Source: Escherichia coli (GTDB taxonomy: Bacteria; Pseudomonadota; Gammaproteobacteria; Enterobacterales; Enterobacteriaceae). Taken from it: a stretch of 64,000 bases of DNA. Where the stretch lies: the NCBI RefSeq assembly GCF_003334405.1, contig NZ_QOWM01000014.1; one strand, given 5' to 3'. A program made the translations under genes and the position numbers. Shown piece by piece: positions 49,161 to 61,578 of the stretch (position 1 is the stretch's first letter; every line of letters begins with the position of its first letter). Under the pieces are notes generated by a model that did no database searches, had not been told where the DNA came from, and was given only the letters and a program-made list of their open reading frames with translations.

Positions 49161-50816
49161 ATGGAATTTTCGTTTTCACCCAAACGTCTTGTTGTTGCTG
49201 TCGCCGCCGCTCTTCCTCTCATGGCCAGCGCAGCAGATACCCCGTCAACTGCCACCGCACGCAAAGGCTTTGCCGGATACGATCACCCAAACCAGTATCT
49301 GGTTAAACCGGCGACCACTATTGCCGACAATATGATGCCAGTAATGCAGCATCCGGCGCAGGATAAAGAAACCCAGCAGAAGCTGGCAGAACTTGAGAAA
49401 AAAACCGGTAAGAAACCGAATGTGGTTGTTTTCTTGCTGGACGATGTGGGCTGGATGGACGTCGGTTTTAACGGTGGCGGCGTGGCGGTGGGTAACCCTA
49501 CACCAGATATCGACGCCGTTGCCAGCCAGGGGCTGATTTTAACTTCGGCGTATTCTCAACCAAGCTCTTCCCCAACCCGCGCCACCATTCTCACCGGACA
49601 ATACTCCATCCACCACGGCATTCTGATGCCGCCAATGTACGGGCAACCGGGCGGGCTGCAAGGGTTAACCACGCTGCCGCAGTTGCTGCACGATCAGGGC
49701 TACGTCACTCAGGCCATCGGAAAATGGCATATGGGGGAAAACAAAGAGTCGCAGCCGCAGAACGTTGGCTTTGATGATTTCCGTGGCTTTAACTCGGTGT
49801 CTGATATGTACACCGAATGGCGCGACGTTCACGTCAATCCGGAAGTGGCCCTGAGTCCGGACCGTTCTGAATACATCAAGCAATTACCGTTCAGCAAAGA
49901 TGACGTTCATGCGGTGCGCGGCGGCGAACAACAGGCCATTGCCGACATTACGCCGAAATATATGGAAGATCTGGATCAACGCTGGATGGACTATGGCGTT
50001 AAGTTCCTCGACAAGATGGCGAAGAGCGATAAACCATTCTTCCTCTACTACGGCACTCGTGGCTGCCACTTCGATAACTACCCAAATGCGAAATATGCGG
50101 GTAGCTCTCCGGCACGCACCTCGTATGGCGACTGCATGGTGGAGATGAACGATGTGTTCGCTAATCTGTATAAAACACTGGAGAAAAACGGTCAGCTTGA
50201 TAACACGCTGATCGTCTTTACCTCCGATAACGGACCGGAAGCCGAAGTACCGCCGCACGGACGCACCCCGTTCCGTGGTGCGAAAGGTTCGACCTGGGAA
50301 GGCGGCGTTCGCGTACCGACTTTCGTTTACTGGAAAGGGATGATCCAACCGCGTAAATCTGACGGTATTGTCGATCTGGCAGATCTCTTCCCTACCGCGC
50401 TGGATCTGGCAGGGCATCCTGGAGCGAAAGTGGCGAATTTAGTGCCGAAAACCACCTTTATCGATGGTGTGGACCAGACATCCTTCTTCCTGGGAACAAA
50501 TGGTCAGTCTAACCGTAAGGCCGAGCACTACTTCCTCAACGGTAAACTCGCTGCTGTGCGTATGGATGAGTTCAAGTATCACGTCCTGATTCAGCAACCT
50601 TACGCTTATACCCAGAGCGGATATCAGGGTGGATTCACCGGCACAGTAATGCAAACGGCGGGATCGTCGGTGTTTAACCTCTACACCGATCCGCAGGAAA
50701 GCGACTCCATCGGCGTGCGCCATATTCCGATGGGTGTACCGCTACAGACCGAAATGCACGCGTATATGGAGATCCTGAAAAAATATCCACCACGCGCGCA
50801 GATTAAATCTGACTAA
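49161..50816 (+). CDS. aslA: Arylsulfatase-like protein (putative sulfatase)
   Basis: Track ORF 551 aa with signal peptide and sulfatase signature region [15 protein letters not shown]. Confidence 0.92.
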
Positions 50817-50844
50817 GCCGGCGCTATCGCTGAGATCTGCCTTT

Positions 50845-50949
<105 letters not shown>

Positions 50950-50974
50950 ATCAACCGCAGGCGGCCGCCGATTT

Positions 50975-52210
50975 CTACTTACTCACCACCAGCAAATGCG
51001 CATGCATAATGTCGCTGGCCGGGCGACCGTGCGCCAGCAAATCAGCCATTGCTTTAAGATATGGCGGTAGATGGCGGAAATAACGCTGATACCCGGCACA
51101 CAAATAATTCAGTCCCGGTTTGCCGCTGGCATCGAGCATGAAGCGGTGTTTCGGGCAGCCTCCCCAGCACGCTTTTAACACGTTACAACTGCGACACTGC
51201 GCCGGTAACTGCTTAAATTTATCTTCACCAAACGCCTGCTGTTGCGGGGAATCGATCATTTCTGCAATTGTTTGCTGGTGCATATTCCCCAGCCGATATT
51301 GCGGATAAACATAGTGATCACAGGCGTAAACGTCGCCGTTGTGCTCAACAATCACCGAGCGCCCACAGGTTGGCTGATGATGGCAAACCGCACCCGGCGC
51401 ACCGACAAAATTGGCAAACGCCCATTCGATATTCATCACGAAAATCTTGCCGACGTCGCGTTTGATCCAGTGGTCGAATATCGCCACCAGAAACTCACCG
51501 AACTCCTCGGGGCGCACCGACCATTCCGTTAGCTCACCCTGAATATCACCAGGCGCATGTAACTTAAGTCCATCGCGGGCAGTTGTTTCATCAGCCAGGC
51601 GCTCGACCACCGGAATAAACTGGATGAATTCGACTCCCGCATCGCACAAAAAATCATATACCTGCAACGGTTGCTGCGCGCTGGTGCGATTAACGCAGAC
51701 CAGCACGTTATAGTCGACATGATGTTTTTGCAGGAGCGTCAGGGCACGCATCACCAGCTTATGCGTGGGTCTGCCACCTTTAGTCACGCGATATTGATTG
51801 TGGATCTCAGGCGGGCCATCCAGCGATAAACCAACAAGAAAATGATGCTCCGCGAGAAACGCGCACCATTCGTCATCCAGCAGCACGCCGTTAGTCTGGA
51901 AGCTGTTACTTATCTTCCTGCCAGCACCATATTTCGCCTGTAGCGCTACGGCACGGCGGTAAAACGCCAGCCCGAGTAGCGTTGGTTCGCCGCCCTGCCA
52001 GGTAAAAGCCACTTCGTTTTGCGGTTCGCTGGCAGCGATATAGTGACGGACATACGCTTCCAGCGTGTCATCGTCCATATGCGTGACTGGCTTTTCGCGG
52101 TAAAGGGATTGTTTTTCGAGATAAAAACAGTAGTCACAGTTCAGATTACAATCGGAACCGCTCGGTTTCGCCATCACATGAAAAGCACGCGTTGGAACCT
52201 GTTGCAGCAT
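50975..52210 (-). CDS. aslB: Anaerobic sulfatase-maturating enzyme homolog (radical SAM)
   Basis: Track ORF 421 aa trimmed to MLQQVPTRAFHVMAKPSGSDCNLNCDYCFY... (411 aa); CxxxCxxC radical SAM motif. Confidence 0.92.
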   Translation of the reverse strand: MLQQVPTRAFHVMAKPSGSDCNLNCDYCFYLEKQSLYREKPVTHMDDDTLEAYVRHYIAASEPQNEVAFTWQGGEPTLLGLAFYRRAVALQAKYGAGRKISNSFQTNGVLLDDEWCAFLAEHHFLVGLSLDGPPEIHNQYRVTKGGRPTHKLVMRALTLLQKHHVDYNVLVCVNRTSAQQPLQVYDFLCDAGVEFIQFIPVVERLADETTARDGLKLHAPGDIQGELTEWSVRPEEFGEFLVAIFDHWIKRDVGKIFVMNIEWAFANFVGAPGAVCHHQPTCGRSVIVEHNGDVYACDHYVYPQYRLGNMHQQTIAEMIDSPQQQAFGEDKFKQLPAQCRSCNVLKACWGGCPKHRFMLDASGKPGLNYLCAGYQRYFRHLPPYLKAMADLLAHGRPASDIMHAHLLVVSK

Positions 52211-52321
52211 GGTCGCTCCTTGCCTGAAGTCATCCTTCAATACGTTAAGGGCGAAATCATACCGTGGGGCAATGAGTTATTACGGGCGTTTATTGCGAAG
52301 GGAGGGTGACGAAATGCACAG

Positions 52322-52348
52322 AAAACAAAAAACCCCGCCGAAGCGGGG
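52322..52348 (-). terminator. Rho-independent terminator of the tRNA operon
   Basis: Minus strand: hairpin ccccgcttcggcgggg followed by ttttttgttttc, just 3' of proM. Confidence 0.8.
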
Positions 52349-52356
52349 TTCAAAAT

Positions 52357-52433
52357 TGGTCGGCGAGAGAGGATTCGAACCTCCGACCCACTGGTCCCAA
52401 ACCAGTTGCGCTACCAAGCTGCGCTACTCGCCG
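52357..52433 (-). tRNA. proM: tRNA-Pro (UGG)
   Basis: 77 nt; minus strand cggcgagtagcgcagcttggtagcgcaactggtttgggaccagtgggtcggaggttcgaatcctctctcgccgacca. Confidence 0.93.
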
Positions 52434-52475
52434 AAATACTGCTTTTTGAATTTTTAGTTCAATTCTTTAAAGTCG

Positions 52476-52562
52476 TGGTGCGAGGGGGGGGACTTGAACC
52501 CCCACGTCCGTAAGGACACTAACACCTGAAGCTAGCGCGTCTACCAATTCCGCCACCTTCGC
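52476..52562 (-). tRNA. leuT: tRNA-Leu (CAG)
   Basis: 87 nt with long variable arm; minus strand gcgaaggtggcggaattggtagacgcgctagcttcaggtgttagtgtccttacggacgtgggggttcaagtcccccccctcgcacca. Confidence 0.93.
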
Positions 52563-52582
52563 ATTGTCACAACTTCTAATAA

Positions 52583-52659
52583 TGGGGTGGCTAATGGGAT
52601 TCGAACCCACGACAACTGGAATCACAATCCAGGGCTCTACCAACTGAGCTATAGCCACC
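52583..52659 (-). tRNA. hisR: tRNA-His (GUG)
   Basis: 77 nt including the extra 5' G; minus strand ggtggctatagctcagttggtagagccctggattgtgattccagttgtcgtgggttcgaatcccattagccacccca. Confidence 0.93.
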
Positions 52660-52716
52660 ACTACAAATCTTGTTACGCGGTATTACTACCACCGCAGCTC
52701 AAGCGCCGGGACTAAA

Positions 52717-52793
<77 letters not shown>

Positions 52794-52895
52794 TTAGCGC
52801 CGTTTCGGGGGTGGATAATACGGACTTCCCACCCCTCTGTCTAGTCCCTTTTTAAATAAATTGCGCGTTTGGTTACGGTTTGTGCGTTTTGCTGC

Positions 52896-54281
52896 TTATT
52901 CCTCCAGTTTATGCGCTTTCCCGTGGCGATTAAGGCCAAAAACTTTATAAATCGCCGTCACCGCCAGCATAAAGATGATGCCAACAAACAGCGACATACG
53001 CGTATCTTCATTAAAGTACATGCCGATCAAAACGCAAATCAGGAATGCCATTGTTACGTAATTGGCCCACGGGAACAGGATTGAGCGGAACGGATGGCTG
53101 GCAATCGCCGCTTTATGTGCACGCCGAAAACGCAGCTGGCTTATCAATATCACAAACCATGGCACCATCCCCGGAAGCACGCTGGCACTGTAGACGTAGA
53201 CAAACACACGCTGCGGATTGGGAATGATGTAGTTCAGGCATGAGCCAATTAGCAGAATAGCAATAGATACTGCCACACCCGCAACCGGTACGCCGTGACG
53301 GGAAACTTTCGCCATTGCCGCCGGTAACTGACGGTTTTTCGCCAGTGCGTAGAGCATACGTCCGCAACTGTACATGCCGCTGTTACAGCCAGAGAGCGCA
53401 GCCGTCAGCACCACAAAGTTGATAATGCCCGCCGCTGCGGTAATACCGATTTTGGCAAAAGTCAGTACGAACGGGCTGCCGTTGCTGCCTATTTCATTCC
53501 ACGGGAAGATGGTGACGATAACGAAAATCGCGCCTACGTAGAAAATCAGGATCCGCCACAGCACCTTGCCTACGGCACTGCGCAGCGTCACCTGCGGATT
53601 CTTCGCTTCACCGGCAGTAATGCCAATCAGCTCCACGCCCTGGTAGGACGCCACCACAATACACAGAGCGGTCAGGAACCCTTTCCAGCCACCCGCAAAG
53701 AAACCGCCATGCTCTGTGAGATTGCTAAAACCAATCGACTGCCCGCCATTGCCAAAGCCAAAGAAAATCACGCCCAGGCCAATGACAATCATCACGATAA
53801 TCGTGGTGACTTTGATCATCGCGAACCAGAACTCGATTTCGCCGTACAACCGCACCGCCGCCAGATTCGCCAACGCCACCAGCGCCACTGCGATCAATGC
53901 GGGTATCCACTGCGCCATCTCCGGGAACCAGAACTGGACATAAACGCCAATGGCGGTGATTTCAGAGATCCCCACCGCCATCCACATAAACCAGTAAGAC
54001 CAGGCGGTGAGATAGCCAAAGAACGGGCTCATATAACGATGCGCATAAACGGCGAACGAACCGGTAACCGGTTCGAGGAACAACATTTCGCCCATTGAAC
54101 GCATGATGAAAAAGACGAACAGCCCGGCGATGATATAGGCCAACAATACGGATGGCCCGGCCCATTTCAGGGTACTGGCGGCCCCCATAAACAGGCCGAC
54201 GCCAATGGTGCCCCCCAGGGCGATGAGTTCGATATGTCGAGCTTCCAGCCCACGCTGTAGCTCTGGTTTGTTATCTGCCAT
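52896..54281 (-). CDS. yifK: APC-family amino acid permease YifK
   Basis: Track ORF 461 aa, 12-TM permease, [31 protein letters not shown].... Confidence 0.93.
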
Positions 54282-54412
54282 AAATCCTCGTGTTGTGTTT
54301 GCATGCTTTCCGGTGTTACCGGTTATCGTTATGGGTACATCGAGTGTTGCAAATGTTTTCGTAATTCAGGAGAAATGGCAAATAAAGCATTAAAAATTTG
54401 AATGCTTTGTGT

Positions 54413-54451
54413 AATAAAAAAGCAGACAGGCGACGGAGTGACCACTCCGTC
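54413..54451 (-). terminator. Stem-loop downstream of wecG (candidate terminator of the ECA operon)
   Basis: Minus strand: hairpin gacggagtggtcactccgtc followed 10 nt later by ttttttatt; the U-tract is not adjacent to the stem. Confidence 0.45.
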
Positions 54452-54471
54452 GCTTTACAAAGAGAGGAAAA

Positions 54472-55212
54472 TCATAGGTTGCCGGTGTAGTGCCAGCGTA
54501 AATAACGCAGCAAACGAAGCTGACGCTTAATGCGGCTCGGCTGCGAAAGCAGGCGGTAGAGCCACTCCAGCCCCAGCGTTTGCCAGATTTTCGGTGCGCG
54601 TTTTACGTGACCGGTGAAAACATCGTAAGTCCCGCCAACGCCCATATACAGCGCATCTGGATGTACCAGACGGCAGTCGCGCATGATGATCTCCTGCTTT
54701 GGCGATCCCATCGCAACGGTGACGATTTGCGCACCGCTGGCATGAATGCGTTCAAACAGCGCCTGACGCTGCTCGGGTTTAAAATAACCATCCTGACTGC
54801 CAACGATATTCACATTCCACTGGTTGCGCAGTTTAGCTTCAGTTTGCGCCAGCACTTCAGGTTTACCGCCCACAAGAAATACCGGCGTCCCTTCTTTGCC
54901 TGCGCGCGCCATCAGCTCTTCCCAGAGATCGGCACCGGCAACGCGGGAAACCTGCGCCTGCGGGTACTTTTTACGTACTGAACGTACAACGCTGATGCCA
55001 TCCGCATATTTAAATTCGGCAGCGTTAATTAACTCCCTGACCTCGGCGTTATCTTCAATAGTCAGCATTTTTTCAGCATTAATGGCAACCAGCGTTCCCT
55101 GCTTAAGCTGCCCGTCAGCAAACAGATAATCGAGGGCGTGCTGCATATCACGCCAACCAATCAACTGTAAGCCACGCAGCGTATAGGTTGGTGCCGTGGT
55201 GTTGTTATTCAT
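54472..55212 (-). CDS. wecG: UDP-N-acetyl-D-mannosaminuronic acid transferase (ECA biosynthesis)
   Basis: Track ORF 246 aa; recognised as WecG (RffM). Confidence 0.93.
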   Translation of the reverse strand: MNNNTTAPTYTLRGLQLIGWRDMQHALDYLFADGQLKQGTLVAINAEKMLTIEDNAEVRELINAAEFKYADGISVVRSVRKKYPQAQVSRVAGADLWEELMARAGKEGTPVFLVGGKPEVLAQTEAKLRNQWNVNIVGSQDGYFKPEQRQALFERIHASGAQIVTVAMGSPKQEIIMRDCRLVHPDALYMGVGGTYDVFTGHVKRAPKIWQTLGLEWLYRLLSQPSRIKRQLRLLRYLRWHYTGNL

Positions 55213-55214
55213 TG

Positions 55215-56567
55215 TTATCCTTCAACCTGCGTCCGGAGCGATGATTTTGTACGTTTATGAATGAGTCCGGCGCTTTCAAAAAGCCAGTACAACAGTTTTG
55301 CGATCATCAGACATGCGCCGAAGACCACGATAAAAAAGACCACGCGTGAGACAAACGAATCCAGCCCTTCACGCGCCAGCACGATCATATTGAAGATCGC
55401 CCCAAAGCAGAAACTGTGCAATATCGCAGCTTTATAGCGATTAGGCTCGCGGTTGCCCAGCTCATACAGCCAGTCGAACCATTTGATGATCAGACCAACC
55501 ACGATCGCCCCGAGCGGGATGAACAACGCGCCGCCCATCACCACCAGTGAGCCTATAAGCGTAGGCGAGATCGCCAGTCCGGAGTGGTTATTCAGCACTT
55601 CCCAGGTAAAGTAGTTGGCTGAGTTCAGCACCATACTCGGGCGACCCGGCCACAGCCAGGAAGGGATAAAGACATAGAAATCGCGGACAATTGGAGCCAG
55701 GCCCTGGAAGTCGATGTTGTCGTAGTTCTGCAACAGCAACGCCAGATTCTCCCACGGCGAGAAGGTGTCGCGAGTGAGATAGAGAAACGTATAGAACGCT
55801 TCATCGCCGCTCACATTCATTCCATAGCGTTTTAGTGCCAGCCAGAACATGCCAACAATCCCCAGCACGCCCGCCGCCGCCAGCATCCACAACGAAATCC
55901 AGCCGCGAATAATGCCAATAAACAGGAAGATAGCGAATGCGATGATGATATTGGCGCGAGTGCCGCCGACAATCATATAAGTCAGCAAGCCAAAGGCGAC
56001 CGTGCTGACGAGGAAAAACAGCCACGCTTTGCTGTCCTGGCGCAGAAAGTAGACCACCAGCATCGCCGGGATGAAAAAGTAAAAGAAGCGTTTTAACGCC
56101 ACGCCGGAGACTTCACTGGAAAAGATCTGACTGTAGGAGTTAAGCCGGAACAGCAAAAAGCCGTTGTGCATGAAGAAGATGCCGACGCTTACCAGCGCGA
56201 TACCCATCAGGATCACCCACGTAAGATTGGTCTCCACGCGGTTCATGGTAAACAGCGGACGGCGCGGTACATCAGCAACGCGTTTGCGTAGGCGGGTTTT
56301 GTAGGTGACATAGTAAACCGCGTAGAAGCAGCCCGCAGAAAGCAACGCCTGCAACAAGATTTCTGGCGGCGCGACACCAACATCAAAGCGAAATACCAGC
56401 ACGCTGGTCAGCGGGAAGCCGAAGAAAAAGGTGAGCAAAAACAGCAATGAAAAGAAGACATTGAAGTTAAAGCGCACACGGCGAAACTCAAACCAGGTCA
56501 GCGTGGCAATAAACAGCGTGCAGAGCAGCCAGACAACAAACAGGCCACTGAATTGCAGCAGACTCAT
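55215..56567 (-). CDS. wzyE: ECA polymerase
   Basis: Track ORF 450 aa, polytopic membrane protein; recognised as WzyE. Confidence 0.92.
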   Translation of the reverse strand: MSLLQFSGLFVVWLLCTLFIATLTWFEFRRVRFNFNVFFSLLFLLTFFFGFPLTSVLVFRFDVGVAPPEILLQALLSAGCFYAVYYVTYKTRLRKRVADVPRRPLFTMNRVETNLTWVILMGIALVSVGIFFMHNGFLLFRLNSYSQIFSSEVSGVALKRFFYFFIPAMLVVYFLRQDSKAWLFFLVSTVAFGLLTYMIVGGTRANIIIAFAIFLFIGIIRGWISLWMLAAAGVLGIVGMFWLALKRYGMNVSGDEAFYTFLYLTRDTFSPWENLALLLQNYDNIDFQGLAPIVRDFYVFIPSWLWPGRPSMVLNSANYFTWEVLNNHSGLAISPTLIGSLVVMGGALFIPLGAIVVGLIIKWFDWLYELGNREPNRYKAAILHSFCFGAIFNMIVLAREGLDSFVSRVVFFIVVFGACLMIAKLLYWLFESAGLIHKRTKSSLRTQVEG

Positions 56568-57643
56568 GCGACCTCCCCGGCGGCAATCGCCAACGCCCGC
56601 TGCCAGCCTTGTAGATAGTTAGGGCTAAAGAAGGCAATGGTGTTTTTATCCACCGACGCCAACTGGCGCTGCGCTTCACGCACAATATCCTCGTTGAGAT
56701 CGTCGGTAGTAAACAGCACCGGCAAATGTTGTTCCGTCATATCCTGCCAGAACGGATTTTCCCGGTTAAGCACACAAGGAATGCCCGCCTGAATCAGTAA
56801 GCACAGCGTACCAATGCCCTGCTGGCGGGCAAAAATAAAGTAACCAAGATCGCACTGACGAAGTAGCGCCAGATAGGCGTCAAATTCCAGTTTTTCGCTC
56901 AGAATTTGTAGATTTTCTTCGCTGAATAACTCCAGCCCCGCCTGACGAACTTCCTCAATGTACGCTTCGTTATTAGGCGGATATCCCATCGGCACCACCA
57001 CTTTTACCGTATCGCCAAATTGCTGATGAACGGCGCGCAAGGCAGCAATATGCTCATTGCTGCGGTCGCCGGAGTTCCCCACCAGAATGGTCATTTTCCC
57101 TTCACGTTGCCGATCGTTCGCCATCGTATTGAGCGAAGGGTCCATCCGCGTCGGGAAGAACAGCAGTTCGCCCCGCACCTTTGGGTGCGTTTTGGCAAAA
57201 AAGCTCAAATCGCCGCGGGTGGCAAATACACAGCCGACTCGCTTTTGCGCCAGGCGACGTAGTGGGTAAAAAAGCTTATATCTCAAGCCACTGGAAAGCT
57301 CATACAGGTCTGCCCCCCAGATATGCCAGAAAAACTGGCTGGGCTTAATGCCACCACTCAGCAGAGCCAGCCACAGTGTGGGATTGAACTGACCGTGGAA
57401 GAAAAAACGCTGCTGACGGTTAGCTTTTGCTTTCGCGATGACCGCTTCCGCCAGCGATTTTTTCCCAGGGAAAAATTGCACAGAAAGCGCCGGACAGCTA
57501 TCACTTAAGCCGTCGTCCTTGCCAACAACCATAAACTCGCGCGCGTGCTCGCTCGTCGCGGCCAGCGCGTCATTGAAAAACCGCAAAACGGTTCGGTTAT
57601 GGTGAGGGATATCCGATCCCAGTACGTGAATCAGTACAGTCAT
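56564..57643 (-). CDS. wecF: TDP-N-acetylfucosamine:lipid II N-acetylfucosaminyltransferase
   Basis: Track ORF 359 aa; recognised as WecF (RffT); 4-bp overlaps on both sides. Confidence 0.92.
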   Translation of the reverse strand: MTVLIHVLGSDIPHHNRTVLRFFNDALAATSEHAREFMVVGKDDGLSDSCPALSVQFFPGKKSLAEAVIAKAKANRQQRFFFHGQFNPTLWLALLSGGIKPSQFFWHIWGADLYELSSGLRYKLFYPLRRLAQKRVGCVFATRGDLSFFAKTHPKVRGELLFFPTRMDPSLNTMANDRQREGKMTILVGNSGDRSNEHIAALRAVHQQFGDTVKVVVPMGYPPNNEAYIEEVRQAGLELFSEENLQILSEKLEFDAYLALLRQCDLGYFIFARQQGIGTLCLLIQAGIPCVLNRENPFWQDMTEQHLPVLFTTDDLNEDIVREAQRQLASVDKNTIAFFSPNYLQGWQRALAIAAGEVA

Positions 57644-58890
57644 GCCCGCCTACGCCAGAGTAAAAACACGCCACAACAAAGAGAAAAATAGACGATATAA
57701 GTTGCCATATATGCCTGCGCCGCGCCCAGTGCACCATGCGCAGGGATTAGCCAGTGGGCAAATACCATCAATAAAGTGAACTGGCTGACTTCCGCCAGAA
57801 TATAAAACCGCAGTGACGCTTTGGCGATCACCAGATAACCAAAGACATAAGCGCCCACTTTTAACACATCACCCACTAACTGCCAGGCAAAGAGATCGCG
57901 CATAGCGGTAAATTTATTCGACAACAGCAGCCAGATAGCAAAATCACGCAGCAGCCAGACGGTAAAACTCGCCGCCGCCACTGCCGGTAAGACGAATTTC
58001 AGCGATTTAACCACTTCCCGGGTGATATCGCGCTTTTCCGTTAGCCGCGACAACGTGGGCAGCAAATATACGCTGAACGATGCCGTAATAAATTGCAGGT
58101 AGGCATCGGAAATACTGCTCACCCCTTGCCAGATCCCCACCTCATCCCAGCTATACTGCGCCGCCAGCAGTTTACGCATCATGATGTAAGCAACAGGCAA
58201 GGTCACCGACGTAATCAACGCCATGAGCGTAAATTTGCTCAACTGCCCTGCCAGACCGTTATCCCAGCTGGGTTTCAGATAGCTTAACGGGATGACACCA
58301 CGTTTGATCAACATGATGGCGGCAGGAATTACCACCAGCGCGGGAATCAGCGCCAGACCCAGCAACGCCCCTTCATAACCGCCCAAACGGTAACTGACGT
58401 AGTACGCGAGAACGCCAATCAAGCTGCCGACAATCAGCGATAACGCATTACCTGCGGCATCGCGAAAGCCTTTCATCAGCGCCAGTAACAGGTTGCCCCA
58501 GGCGATCCCCATTTGCACCAGCGCCACTAAACGCACCAGCCCCTGATAGTCGGTATTACCAAACAATCCCTGGCTGATTGGCGCAGCTGCCAGCACAAAA
58601 ACCAGCGCCATCAGCGTAGAGAAACCAAGTACCATCGCTGATGAAGTGCCGACCACGCGGCGCAGCTGTTGCGGATTATCATGGTACTGGGCAACGTATT
58701 TGGTTACACCGTTAAAGATGCCAGCCCCGGCAAGCACGCCGAGCACGGTAATCAACTGGCGGAAATTTGCCGCCAGCCCAAGCCCCGCCGGACCAAATGA
58801 CACCGCCAGCAACTTACCGACCAGTAACCCGGCACCAATCTTGACCAGTGTACTGGCCGCCGTCCACAAGGACGCTTTTGCCAACGACAT
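57640..58890 (-). CDS. wzxE: ECA lipid III flippase
   Basis: Track ORF 416 aa, polytopic; recognised as WzxE. Confidence 0.92.
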   Translation of the reverse strand: MSLAKASLWTAASTLVKIGAGLLVGKLLAVSFGPAGLGLAANFRQLITVLGVLAGAGIFNGVTKYVAQYHDNPQQLRRVVGTSSAMVLGFSTLMALVFVLAAAPISQGLFGNTDYQGLVRLVALVQMGIAWGNLLLALMKGFRDAAGNALSLIVGSLIGVLAYYVSYRLGGYEGALLGLALIPALVVIPAAIMLIKRGVIPLSYLKPSWDNGLAGQLSKFTLMALITSVTLPVAYIMMRKLLAAQYSWDEVGIWQGVSSISDAYLQFITASFSVYLLPTLSRLTEKRDITREVVKSLKFVLPAVAAASFTVWLLRDFAIWLLLSNKFTAMRDLFAWQLVGDVLKVGAYVFGYLVIAKASLRFYILAEVSQFTLLMVFAHWLIPAHGALGAAQAYMATYIVYFSLCCGVFLLWRRRA

Positions 58891-58891
58891 A

Positions 58892-60022
58892 TCAGGAAAA
58901 GTAGTTCAACAAAGTCGCAATTACCGTACGCTGATTGACGGGCGACAGGTTGTAGAACAGCGGCAGGCGCAGCAGGCGCTCGCTCTCTTTGGTGGTGTAG
59001 CGATCTTCACCGTGGAACTCACCAAAGTGTTCCCCCGCAGGGCAACCGTGCAGCGGAATGTAATGAAACACCGCCATGATTTCCGCTTCTTTCAGAAAGT
59101 TAATCAACGCGCTCCGGTCATCAATATCCCGCAGTTTAATGTAGAACATATGCGCGTTCTGCACGCAGCCATCGGGAATCGACGGCAGCTCGATACGCCC
59201 GGCTTTCGCCAGAGGCGCTAACGCATCGTAGTAGTTTTGCCACAGCGCCAGACGTTGCTGGTTGATACGATCCGCTGCTTCCAGTTGCGCCCACAGGTAT
59301 GCAGCTTGCAGATCGGACATCAAATAGCTGGAGCCAATATCGCGCCAGGTATATTTATCGACCTGACCACGGAAGAACTGGCTGCGGTTAGTGCCCTTTT
59401 CACGGATGATCTCGGCTCGTTCGATTAACGCTTTATCGTTAATCAGCGTCGCGCCGCCTTCACCGCCCGCCGTGTAGTTTTTGGTTTCATGGAAGCTAAA
59501 GCAGCCAATATGACCAATGGTTCCCAGTGCACGCCCTTTGTAAGTGGACATCACGCCCTGAGCGGCATCTTCTACCACAAACAAATTATGCTTTTTCGCC
59601 AACGCCATAATGGTGTCCATTTCGCAGGCCACACCCGCGTAATGGACCGGCACGATAACGCGCGTTTTGTCGGTGATCGCCGCTTCAATCAGCGTTTCGT
59701 CGATGTTCATGGTGTCCGGGCGAACATCCACAAAAACGATTTTTGCGCCACGCAGCACAAAGGCATTGGCGGTGGAGACAAAGGTGTAGCTCGGCATGAT
59801 CACTTCATCGCCAGGCTGGATATCGAGCAGCAGCGCCGCCATCTCCAGCGAAGCGGTGCAGGACGGCGTCAGTAACACTTTGGCGCTGCCAAAACGTTGC
59901 TCCAGCCACTGCTGGCAGCGACGGGTAAAACCGCCATCGCCACACAGTTTGCCGCTACCCATTGCCGACTGCATATAGTCGAGTTCGGTTCCCACCACCG
60001 GCGGTGCGTTAAATGGAATCAT
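58892..60022 (-). CDS. wecE: dTDP-4-amino-4,6-dideoxygalactose transaminase
   Basis: Track ORF 376 aa, DegT/aminotransferase family; recognised as WecE (RffA). Confidence 0.93.
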   Translation of the reverse strand: MIPFNAPPVVGTELDYMQSAMGSGKLCGDGGFTRRCQQWLEQRFGSAKVLLTPSCTASLEMAALLLDIQPGDEVIMPSYTFVSTANAFVLRGAKIVFVDVRPDTMNIDETLIEAAITDKTRVIVPVHYAGVACEMDTIMALAKKHNLFVVEDAAQGVMSTYKGRALGTIGHIGCFSFHETKNYTAGGEGGATLINDKALIERAEIIREKGTNRSQFFRGQVDKYTWRDIGSSYLMSDLQAAYLWAQLEAADRINQQRLALWQNYYDALAPLAKAGRIELPSIPDGCVQNAHMFYIKLRDIDDRSALINFLKEAEIMAVFHYIPLHGCPAGEHFGEFHGEDRYTTKESERLLRLPLFYNLSPVNQRTVIATLLNYFS

Positions 60023-60026
60023 GTGA

Positions 60027-60701
60027 TCACCTGTATAACCAGTACGCGGTGCTTTCTACATTCGCACCACTTTGTATGTATCGTTTAAGCGCGGCGGTGT
60101 TGCCCATTTGGGTCGCCACCCGCAAAGTTGTTTTACCGCGAGCATACGCCCAGTTTAGCGCCGTTTGCATCAGCTCAGCACCTGCACCGCGTCCAGCCAG
60201 CAGGCCAATTCGCGCATCTGTCGCATTGAGTTCCCGTAAAGAGACATAGCCGCGAATATCGCCGGACGCCGCACGTAAAATCAGACATTGATGATCAAAG
60301 GTGCCGCGCACGGCATTTTCAATCCACTGTGCATAAAAGCGACTGCTGGCGTCAGGCGCATACCACGGCGCACGAAAACGGCTTTGCGCAAATGCGGCGC
60401 TGGCTAACTGACGTAATGCGGGAATATCGGTCTCTTGTGCCACTACAGCACCGCTATCACTGGCATTGTTCACGGGTAGCGCCAAATCAACTTCACCTTC
60501 TACCAGGGAGAATCCCAGCTGTTGCAGGGCATCCAGTTCACCCGTATTTGATGCCGCAATTTTGGCCTGCACCCGTGACCACGGCGCTAACGCGTCTGGC
60601 GTCAGGAGCGGTGCTTCAGACGTAATGCGCACGATGGCGCTGTTAACACCAAAGAAGGCGTTTTCCCAGGTTAGTGGCTCAATACTGGCGCGGACGGGCA
60701 C
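60027..60701 (-). CDS. wecD: dTDP-fucosamine acetyltransferase
   Basis: Track ORF 224 aa with GNAT-like C-terminal half; start is non-ATG in the track and therefore uncertain; overlaps rffH start region. Confidence 0.82.
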
Positions 60702-61560
60702 GAAGTAACTCCAGCAGATATTGGCCGTAGCCAGTTTTCGCTAATGAACTGGCAGCACGCTTCACACCCTCGTCATCGAGCCAGCCGTTACGCCAGGCAA
60801 TCTCTTCCAGGCAGGCAATCTTAAAGCCCTGGCGTTTTTCCACCGTCTGTACAAAGGTGCTGGCTTCAATCAGGCTGTCGTGAGTGCCGGTATCCAGCCA
60901 GGCAAATCCGCGCCCGAGCAGTTCAACGGTCAGGTTGCCCGCCTCGAGGTACATCTGGTTGATGGAGGTAATCTCCAGTTCACCACGCTCCGACGGCTTC
61001 ACCTGCTTTGCGTACTCCACGACTTTACTGTCGTAGAAATAAAGCCCGGTCACCGCCCAGTTTGACTTCGGCTGTTTTGGCTTTTCTTCCAGCGAGATAG
61101 CGCGGAAATTGTCGTCAAACTCCACCACGCCAAAGCGTTCCGGGTCCATCACCTGATAGCCAAAAACCGTCGCCCCTTCGGTGCGCGCCGCAACATGACG
61201 CAGCTTCGGACTGAAGCCCTGACCGAAGAAGATGTTATCGCCCAGCACCAGACAAGAAGGTTCACCATTAAGGAAGGTTTCACCGATGATAAAGGCCTGC
61301 GCCAGACCGTCCGGGCTGGGCTGTTCGGCATATTCCAGCTGGATACCGAACTCACTACCATCGCCCAGCAGGCGCTGGAAATAACCTTTATCTTCCGGCG
61401 TAGTGATGATGAGAATTTCGCGGATACCGGCCAGCATCAGCACCGACAGCGGATAGTAAATCATTGGCTTATCGTAAATCGGCAACAGTTGCTTCGATAC
61501 GCCGCGCGTAATCGGATGCAATCGGGTGCCGGAACCGCCCGCCAGGATAATACCTTTCAT
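60679..61560 (-). CDS. rffH: Glucose-1-phosphate thymidylyltransferase 2
   Basis: Track ORF 293 aa, [38 protein letters not shown]...; RmlA family. Confidence 0.94.
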
Positions 61561-61578
61561 GTTTGCCTCCGCTGAAAA